DNA of 5,658 bases from PVC group bacterium (lineage in GTDB: Bacteria; GCA-001730085; JADFSZ01): the NCBI GenBank assembly GCA_022560555.1, contig JADFSZ010000119.1, forward strand, positions 1 through 5,658. The letters are read 5' to 3'. The first letter of the stretch is position 1; each line of letters starts with the position of its first letter. The translations under genes were made by a program, and so were the position numbers. A model generated the notes under the pieces. It saw nothing but the letters and a program-made list of their open reading frames with translations. It had not been told where the DNA came from and searched no databases. Below are positions 1 through 5,586 of this stretch, in pieces.

Positions 1-1
1 A

Positions 2-955
2 GGTTCTTATGTCCCTGAGCGGGTTCTGACCAATAAGGATCTGGAAAAGATGGTTGATACCACGGACGAGTGGATTGTGAGTCGTACCGGAATCAAGGAA
101 CGGCGCATCGCGAGCGAGGATGAAGTTACATCGGATCTCGGAGCTTATGCCGCTAGAAACGCGTGCAAGATGGGAGGGATTTCCCTTGATGACATCGATC
201 TGATCCTTGTTTCAACCATTACCCCGGATATGGGTTTTCCCAGCACGGCATGTTTTGTTCAACAAAAACTCGGTATTAAAAATATTCCTTGTATGGATAT
301 CAGTGCCGCGTGCGCGGGATTTGTTTACTCTTTGGATTTAGCAGTCAAATATGTAAACTCGGGTGATTATAAAACGGTTTTGGTGATCGGAGCGGAAATC
401 ATATCCCGAATAACGGATTGGCAGGATCGAAACACATGTATTCTTTTTGGAGACGGAGCTGGTGCGGTGCTTGTAAGAGATGTTCCTGACGGCAGAGGGG
501 TTATTAAAACTGTTTTAGGGGCTGACGGAACATATGTCGAATACCTCAATATGCCGGGAGGCGGAACAAGACACCCGGCGTCACACCGTACCGTGGATGA
601 AAGACTTCATTTTTTGAAAATGAAAGGGAACGACATATTTAAGCTTGCCGTCAAGTCAATGGTAAATGCGCTAACTGATGTTCTTGAAAAAGCGGGAGTT
701 TGTCCGGGCGATGTGGATTTATTTATTCCGCATCAGGCGAATCGCCGAATTATTACGGCTCTGGCTTCTAAATGCAAAATCCCTCTTGATAGAGTGTATA
801 TGAATTTGGAAATGCGCGGCAATATTTCGGCGGCTTCCGCCATCGTTGCTCTTGATGATGCTTACAAAGAAGGCCGGATTAAGGAAGGTATGCTGATTGC
901 GTTTGTTGCTTTTGGGGGAGGGCTGACATGGGGAGCAAGTTTGGTGCGGTGGTAA
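2..955 (+). CDS. fabH: 3-oxoacyl-ACP synthase III (KAS III, FabH), 5'-truncated by the window edge
   Basis: The frame is open from base 2. Nt 2-49 translate to [16 protein letters not shown], continuous with the tracked ORF. This matches the conserved FabH N-terminal region (E. coli [25 protein letters not shown]), so the Met at 50 is internal and only about 8-10 codons lie upstream of the window. Catalytic triad contexts are present: SAACAGF (Cys), IPHQAN (His), GNISAAS (Asn). The C-terminus [13 protein letters not shown] is typical. Stop TAA is at 953-955. Confidence 0.95.
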   Translation, partial: [317 protein letters not shown]

Positions 956-978
956 TTTTTCGCGGGTCCCGCGAAAAA
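956..978. repeat. Perfect 23-bp palindrome TTTTTCGCGGG-T-CCCGCGAAAAA immediately after the fabH stop codon
   Basis: Read directly: 956-966 TTTTTCGCGGG is the exact reverse complement of 968-978 CCCGCGAAAAA, with T967 at the centre. It has a GC-rich core (CGCGGG/CCCGCG) with T5 on the 5' side and A5 on the 3' side. It would form a stable RNA hairpin or a symmetric protein-binding site. It is not a canonical intrinsic terminator on either strand, because the U-tract would precede the stem rather than follow it. Confidence 0.8.
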
Positions 979-1099
979 TAGTTGGGAGTCAGGAGTTCGG
1001 AGCCGGGAGATAAGAGATTGAGTTTAACAGATTGATAAATCGCAAGATCAGTCAGTGGATGCTTTTTTCTCCGAACACCGAACTGAAAACTCCGAACTA
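979..1099. repeat. 121-bp imperfect long inverted repeat (extended hairpin) with arms made of tandem 7-nt repeats; function unknown (structured RNA, operator array or MITE-like element)
   Basis: All arm pairings fall in one ungapped register (i+j=2078): 979-983/1095-1099 (5 bp), 985-989/1089-1093 (5 bp), 994-1000/1078-1084 (7 bp), 1002/1076, and 1006-1016/1062-1072 (9 WC, 1 G.U, 1 mismatch). That is 27 WC plus 1 G.U out of 38 arm positions. The apex 1017-1061 has its own 7-bp helix, 1030-1036/1047-1053. Left-arm heptads: TTGGGAG TCAGGAG TTCGGAG CCGGGAG ATAAGAG (982-1016). Right-arm heptads: CTTTTTT CTCCGAA CACCGAA CTGAAAA CTCCGAA CTAAAGA (1062-1103). Confidence 0.75.
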
Positions 1100-1160
1100 A
1101 AGAAATGCGTTACATGAAAAAAATAAATTTATGTGTACGAATTAATAAAAAATCCGACCA

Positions 1161-2111
1161 GTGATTATCAATAAGAAAATTGCATTTCTTTTCCCCGGCC
1201 AGGGGGCGCAGTATCCCGGGATGGGAAAAGATATTTATGACGGCGATAAAAAATTAAGCGAATATTTTGATCATTTATGTTCCAAAGTTAATTTTGATTT
1301 AAAAAAGATTTGCTTTGAAGGCCCCGTTGAACTTTTATCCAGAACAGACTACAGTCAGCCTGCTATTTTTGCGGTAAGCTTGTTGTGTTTGAAATATTTC
1401 GAAAACAGTATTTCCTCATTTTGTCCGGTTTTTACAGCGGGGTTATCTCTGGGGGAGTACGCGGCTCTTGTTGCAAGCCGGGTTCTTACGCCGGATGAAG
1501 GGATGAATCTGGTCGCCAAAAGAGCTCGCCTGATGCATGAGGCAGGCGCAAAAAATCCGGGAAGGATGGCATCTGTGATCGGTCTTGACGAGGCCGTTAT
1601 TCAAGAGATCTGTTCGGGCTTGTGCGAAGGCGGGAATTATGTATGTGTGGCCAATCTCAATTGCCCCGGACAAATTGTTGTGTCAGGATCCATATCGGGT
1701 TTAGAAAAGTTTCAACCACTGGCATTATCAGCGGGGGCGCGGCAGTTTGTGTTTTTAAAAGTCAGCGGAGCGTTTCACTCTGATTTGATGAAAGATGTTG
1801 TTGAAGAATTTAGTCACGTTTTAAGTTTCGTAGATTTTAAAACCGCAAAAATACCTGTGATCTCGAATGTCACAGCGGATGTTGTTAGAGATAAAGCGGA
1901 ATATCAGTTTGTGTTGGCTTCTCAATTGTCATCCCCTGTCTTGTGGCAAGCGAGTGTAGAGCGAATGATTCAATCGGGGGTTGAAACGTTTGTTCAAATG
2001 GGTCCGGGAAAAATCTTAAAAGGGCTTATTCGAAGAATTGACAAGAGAAAATCAGTCATTAATGTTGAGTGTTTAAATGATTTACAACAATTTCAAGAAT
2101 GGTTAAAATGA
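1161..2111 (+). CDS. fabD: Malonyl-CoA:ACP transacylase (FabD)
   Basis: 316-aa ORF. The N-terminus KIAFLFPGQGAQYPGMG carries the FabD PGQG(S/A)Q motif. The nucleophile motif is GLSLGEY, a variant of GHSLGE. The conserved Arg is in AKRARLM, and VSGAFHS carries the catalytic His. The start is GTG at 1161. The in-frame stop TAA at 1146-1148 excludes a longer N-terminus, and no ATG is available. Stop TGA is at 2109-2111. Its position between fabH and fabG is canonical. Confidence 0.93.
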   Translation: MIINKKIAFLFPGQGAQYPGMGKDIYDGDKKLSEYFDHLCSKVNFDLKKICFEGPVELLSRTDYSQPAIFAVSLLCLKYFENSISSFCPVFTAGLSLGEYAALVASRVLTPDEGMNLVAKRARLMHEAGAKNPGRMASVIGLDEAVIQEICSGLCEGGNYVCVANLNCPGQIVVSGSISGLEKFQPLALSAGARQFVFLKVSGAFHSDLMKDVVEEFSHVLSFVDFKTAKIPVISNVTADVVRDKAEYQFVLASQLSSPVLWQASVERMIQSGVETFVQMGPGKILKGLIRRIDKRKSVINVECLNDLQQFQEWLK

Positions 2112-2150
2112 CCCCTTGTTTATCAGTATAGGGCGCGAAAGGGAAAAGGC

Positions 2151-2903
2151 ATGGTTTGTGATTTGAAAGATAAAATTACGATTGTAACGGGCGGCGGGCG
2201 CGGGATTGGAAAAGAAATCTCTCGGTATTTTGCCCAAGCGGGCTCAAAAGTCGTGATTTGTAGTCGAAATCTCAAAAATTCTAACGAGACAGCTGATGAA
2301 ATCATGAAGTCCGGAGGAGAAGCCCTTGCTCTGCAAGTAGATGTAGCTAGTGGGACTTCCGTCAAAGAGTCTGTCCAAAAAGTGCTTGACAAATATGGGC
2401 GCCTTGATATACTCGTCAACAATGCCGGCATTACCCGGGACGGACTGCTTATGCGAATGGAAGAGTCCGATTGGGATGAAGTTATGGCAGTAAATCTCAA
2501 AGGAACCTTTCATTTCATAAAGGCTGTGTTGCGCCCGATGATGAAACAAAGAAGCGGCCGTATTGTGAGCATCACTTCAATCGTCGGAATGATGGGAAAT
2601 GCCGGTCAAGCGAACTATGCGGCTTCAAAAGCAGGAATTATCGGATTGACAAAATCAATCGCGAAGGAAGTTGCGTCGAGATCGATAACTGTGAATGCGA
2701 TTGCTCCTGGTTTTATTGACACAGACATGACGAGTCAACTTTCAAAAGAGCGGCAAGACGCCATGCTTAAAATGATTCCATTGGGTCGATTCGGGACCCC
2801 GATGGATGTTGCCAAGCTGGCGCTTTTTTTATGCTCTGATTTAGCAAATTATATAACGGGAGAAGTGATCAGGGTAGATGGCGGAATGGCTATGTCTGTT
2901 TAA
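2151..2903 (+). CDS. fabG: 3-oxoacyl-ACP reductase (FabG), classical short-chain dehydrogenase/reductase
   Basis: 250 aa. It has the Rossmann motif TGGGRGIG, then NNAG, the catalytic Ser in ITSIVG and YAASK (Y-x3-K), followed by PGFIDTDM. The purine-rich GAAAGGGAAAAGG lies just upstream of the ATG. The fabD-fabG-acpP order supports FabG over a generic SDR. Confidence 0.92.
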   Translation: MVCDLKDKITIVTGGGRGIGKEISRYFAQAGSKVVICSRNLKNSNETADEIMKSGGEALALQVDVASGTSVKESVQKVLDKYGRLDILVNNAGITRDGLLMRMEESDWDEVMAVNLKGTFHFIKAVLRPMMKQRSGRIVSITSIVGMMGNAGQANYAASKAGIIGLTKSIAKEVASRSITVNAIAPGFIDTDMTSQLSKERQDAMLKMIPLGRFGTPMDVAKLALFLCSDLANYITGEVIRVDGGMAMSV

Positions 2904-2936
2904 CGTATGCAGGTAATTTTTATTTTTTAAGTCCTG

Positions 2937-2945
2937 AAAGGAGGA
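2937..2945 (+). promoter_or_regulatory. Strong Shine-Dalgarno sequence for acpP (AAAGGAGGA)
   Basis: The core GGAGG at 2940-2944 lies 7 nt upstream of the acpP ATG at 2952. It is one of the two best SD matches in the window. Confidence 0.8.
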
Positions 2946-2951
2946 ACTTGA

Positions 2952-3194
2952 ATGTCAGCTGAAGTGGATAAAAAAGTAAAAGGAATTATTGTTGAGCAAT
3001 TGGGTGTGTCTGAAAACGAGGTGGTTCCTACGGCTTCTTTTTTAGATGATTTAGGAGCGGATTCTTTAGATACTGTTGAAATGGTCATGGCTCTTGAAGA
3101 GGAATTCAATATTGAAATTCCGGATGAAGACGCGGAAAAGATGACAACAGTCCAAGAAGCCATGAATTATATCAATTCAAAAACCTCTTCTTGA
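2952..3194 (+). CDS. acpP: Acyl carrier protein
   Basis: 80 aa and acidic. It has the canonical phosphopantetheine attachment motif [19 protein letters not shown] (DSL serine). A strong SD lies upstream. It sits between fabG and fabF. Confidence 0.97.
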   Translation: MSAEVDKKVKGIIVEQLGVSENEVVPTASFLDDLGADSLDTVEMVMALEEEFNIEIPDEDAEKMTTVQEAMNYINSKTSS

Positions 3195-3207
3195 TTTTCC
3201 TTCCATT

Positions 3208-4446
3208 ATGAATAATGTGCGTGTCGTCGTTACTGGTATGGGGGTGATCAGTCCCGTTGGTAACGATATTGAAACTTTTTGGAGGTGTTTATGTCAAGGG
3301 CAATCCGGGATTGTTCCTGTGACGAGTTTTGATGCCGCAAAATTTCCTTCTCGAATAGCAGGAGAGGTCAAGGATTTTGATCCCTCTTGTTTTGTCGAAA
3401 AAAAAGATATTAAAAAGATGGACAAGTTTGTCCAATACGGGATGGCTGCGGCAAAAATGGCGATTGAAGATGCCGGCTTGGATATCCATCAGGAAGATCC
3501 GCATAAAGTCGGTGTTGTGGTCGGATCCGGTATTGGCGGTCTGGAATCGATTGAAAAACAACATAATGTGTATTTGGATAAGGGGCCCGGGCGAATGAGC
3601 CCTTTTCTTATTCCGATGTTGATATCTAATATTCTCCCGGGTTTTATTTCCATGTATTACGGCATGAAAGGACCAAATTTTTCTGTGGTTACGGCATGCG
3701 CGACAGGAAATCATACGATAGGCATTTCGTTGGATCTGCTTAGGCACGGAAAGGCCGATGTGATGATTTGTGGTGGCGCGGAAGCGGCTAATACGCGCTT
3801 GGCCTTCGGGGGATTTTGTGCTATGAGAGCCTTATCACAAAGGAATGACGAACCACAAAAAGCCAGCCGGCCTTTTGATAGAGATCGGGATGGTTTTGTC
3901 ATGAGTGAGGGAGCCGGCATTCTCATATTAGAAACTTTGGAGCACGCCCAAAAACGGAAGGCTCGTATGTATGCCGAAGTGAAGGGTTTTGGTATGACAG
4001 CCGATGCTTTTCATATTACGAAACCCGCCCCCAACGCGGAAGGATCCGTTCGTGCCATGAAACTTGCGATTGAAGACGCTCAAATCCCTAAAGAAAAAAT
4101 AAGTTACATTAACGCGCACGGGACATCGACAAAATACAATGATGTGTATGAAACGGTAGCGATCAAACAGGTTTTTGGCGATCACGCAAAAAAAATTCCT
4201 ATCAATTCAACAAAATCTATGACGGGACATATGTTAGGCGCCGCAGGCGGTATTGAGAGTATTGTATCCATTCTGTCGATCGGCCGAGGTCAAATTCATC
4301 CTACTATCAATCTTGACAATCCTGATCCGGAATGTGACTTGGATTATGTCGCGCATACCTCAAGGGACATCAAGCTGGAAACTGTTTTATCAAATTCTCT
4401 GGGCTTCGGCGGTCATAACGCGGCCCTGATATTTTCTAAGTTATAA
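3208..4446 (+). CDS. fabF: 3-oxoacyl-ACP synthase II (KAS II, FabF)
   Basis: 412 aa. The N-terminus RVVVTGMGVISPVGN is typical. The active-site Cys is in VVTACATG, and the two catalytic His residues are in INAHGTSTKYND and KSMTGHMLGAAG. The C-terminus is NSLGFGGHNAALIF. The ATG at 3208 aligns with the E. coli FabF start region (MSKRRVVVTGLG). Only 13 nt (TTTTCCTTCCATT) separate it from the acpP stop, and there is no SD. Confidence 0.95.
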   Translation: MNNVRVVVTGMGVISPVGNDIETFWRCLCQGQSGIVPVTSFDAAKFPSRIAGEVKDFDPSCFVEKKDIKKMDKFVQYGMAAAKMAIEDAGLDIHQEDPHKVGVVVGSGIGGLESIEKQHNVYLDKGPGRMSPFLIPMLISNILPGFISMYYGMKGPNFSVVTACATGNHTIGISLDLLRHGKADVMICGGAEAANTRLAFGGFCAMRALSQRNDEPQKASRPFDRDRDGFVMSEGAGILILETLEHAQKRKARMYAEVKGFGMTADAFHITKPAPNAEGSVRAMKLAIEDAQIPKEKISYINAHGTSTKYNDVYETVAIKQVFGDHAKKIPINSTKSMTGHMLGAAGGIESIVSILSIGRGQIHPTINLDNPDPECDLDYVAHTSRDIKLETVLSNSLGFGGHNAALIFSKL

Positions 4447-4469
4447 TTTGATAATAGGCATCGATTTTT

Positions 4470-4476
4470 AAGGAGG
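4470..4476 (+). promoter_or_regulatory. Strong Shine-Dalgarno sequence (AAGGAGG) for the PilT/PilU-family gene
   Basis: AAGGAGG at 4470-4476 lies 8 nt upstream of the ATG at 4485. Confidence 0.8.
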
Positions 4477-4484
4477 TTGGAATC

Positions 4485-5576
4485 ATGAAAAGCTTGGATG
4501 AAATTCTAAAAAAGCTAGTTGAACTTAAAGGATCCGATTTATACCTCATCCCCGGAAATTGCCCCACAATTCGTATCGATGACAAGATGATCAGTGTTGA
4601 GGGATGTGCCAGGCTCACTTCCGAGGATACCAAAACGATGATCAAACATATTTTAAGCCCGGCACAGTTAAAGTCTTATGAGGAAACAAAGGAATGCAAT
4701 GTTGCTTACAGTGTTGATAAAATGGGACGGTTCCGTGTGAATGCCTTTGTGCAAAGAAGCACACCAGGACTTGTGCTCAGAAGAGTCGCAACCGAAATCC
4801 CAACAGTAGAAGAGTTGGGTTTGCCATCTGTTCTGGAAGATTTTTCCGAAGAGAAGCGGGGGCTTGTTCTGGTGACAGGGGCCACAGGTACGGGGAAATC
4901 TACAACTCTCGCGGCGATGATAGGCCATCGCAATAGGACCAAAGAGGGCCATATCATCACGATCGAGGATCCGCTCGAATTTCTGCACACATCTAAGAAG
5001 AGCATTGTTTCGCAAAGAGAAGTTGTGATAGACACAGAATCATACCGGGAAGCTTTAAGAAACGCCTTGCGGCAAGCACCTGATGTGATTCTTATCGGAG
5101 AAATGCGGGATTTAGAGAGTGTTGAGATGGCCATCAATTTTGCGGAAACGGGTCACTTGGTTATGAGCACACTGCACTCAACAAACGCATACCAGAGCTT
5201 GCAGCGTATCATGCAATTTTTTCCTTCGGAAGAGCATAAGGGTGTCCAGTATCAGTTGTCGCTCAATTTAAAAGCTATTGTTTCTCAACGGCTTATTCAA
5301 AAGCAGGACAAATCAGGCCGTGTTGTGGCCTGTGAAATTATGGTTGTGTCTCAACGTATCAGGGATCTTATTGCCGAAGGAAATTTTGGCGGCATTAAAG
5401 ATGCCATGGTAACGACGGATTATAAAGGTATGCAGACATTCGATGAGCATATTTACCGTCTCTGGAAGGAGAAGGTTATCTCAGAAGAAGAGGCCATCAT
5501 AAACTCGGATAACCCTAATGATTTAAAGTTGCGAATTAAGGGAGTTTCAACGGCCTCTATACGCGTCGATCGCTAA
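4485..5576 (+). CDS. pilU: PilT/PilU-family type IV pilus retraction-type ATPase (PilU-like hexameric secretion ATPase)
   Basis: 363 aa. Walker A is GATGTGKST (nt 4878-4904), the Asp box is HIITIEDPLEF, Walker B is PDVILIGEMRD and the His box is ETGHLVMSTLHSTNA. Subtype call from my recollection of P. aeruginosa PilU versus PilT: LVLRR, GATGTGKS, AAMIGxRN, LRQAPDVI, FAETGHL, FFPxE, LSLNLKAIVSQ, GMQTFD and a C-terminal NDLKLRIK all resemble PilU. The PilT-signature AIRNLIRE is replaced by QRIRDLIAE. The family call is firm and the subtype call is moderate. Confidence 0.88.
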   Translation: MKSLDEILKKLVELKGSDLYLIPGNCPTIRIDDKMISVEGCARLTSEDTKTMIKHILSPAQLKSYEETKECNVAYSVDKMGRFRVNAFVQRSTPGLVLRRVATEIPTVEELGLPSVLEDFSEEKRGLVLVTGATGTGKSTTLAAMIGHRNRTKEGHIITIEDPLEFLHTSKKSIVSQREVVIDTESYREALRNALRQAPDVILIGEMRDLESVEMAINFAETGHLVMSTLHSTNAYQSLQRIMQFFPSEEHKGVQYQLSLNLKAIVSQRLIQKQDKSGRVVACEIMVVSQRIRDLIAEGNFGGIKDAMVTTDYKGMQTFDEHIYRLWKEKVISEEEAIINSDNPNDLKLRIKGVSTASIRVDR

Positions 5577-5586
5577 CAGGGTAAAA

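Noticed and set aside
956-978. The palindrome as a canonical rho-independent (bidirectional) terminator of fabH
   Set aside because: The T-run precedes the stem and the A-run follows it on both strands, so neither transcript direction gets a 3' U-tract. It is kept as a repeat or hairpin feature only.
984-1016. Resemblance of GAGTCAGGAGTTCGGAGCCGGGAG to the SRP (4.5S) RNA domain IV region (CAGGUCCGGAAGGAAGCAGC)
   Set aside because: There is no GGAA/GNRA apical tetraloop and no AGCA symmetric-loop motif, and the apex (AAATCGCAAG loop) does not match. The similarity is only purine-rich composition.
1032-1060. Sigma-70-type promoter for fabD in the spacer (-35-like TTGATA at 1032-1037; also TTACAT at 1110-1115)
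   Set aside because: At 16-18 bp spacing the candidate -10 hexamers are GTGGAT/TGGATG and GTGTAC/TGTACG, which are poor matches to TATAAT. No promoter can be supported from sequence alone.
1061-1068. GCTTTTTT run as the U-tract of an intrinsic terminator
   Set aside because: The preceding sequence forms only a 3-bp local stem (ATC/GAT). In the long hairpin the T-run is base-paired to the purine run at 1010-1016, so it is an arm component and not a terminator tail.
982-1103. The heptad repeat arrays as a CRISPR array or a known fab-regulator operator
   Set aside because: The repeats are 7 nt, contiguous and without spacers, which is far from CRISPR geometry. The sequence does not match the FapR, FabT, FabR or FadR operator consensus sequences as I remember them.
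3377-3598. Plus-strand 73-aa ORF in an alternative frame inside fabF
   Set aside because: It is fully nested in the well-supported fabF frame, the peptide is Lys/Arg/Trp-rich and unrecognisable, and it has no SD. It is a frame artefact.
3399-4195. A8 homopolymer tracts inside fabF (about 3400-3407 and 4188-4195) as slipped-strand phase-variation switches
   Set aside because: Both are in frame as Lys codons within an intact, full-length essential gene in an AT-leaning genome. There is no sign of frameshift or truncated product.
367-5137. Eleven minus-strand ORFs from the track (367-549, 1443-1673, 2123-2500, 2244-2549, 2927-3163, 3289-3747, 3711-3926, 3928-4185, 4436-4645, 4668-5015, 4706-5137)
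   Set aside because: Ten lie entirely antisense to plus-strand CDSs that carry unmistakable family motifs. The 4436-4645 ORF also spans the 38-nt fabF-pilU gap, and 2927-3163 extends slightly into the fabG-acpP gap. Their translations are low-complexity (Ser/Arg/Pro/Ile-rich) with no recognisable domains or start signals. They are typical shadow ORFs.
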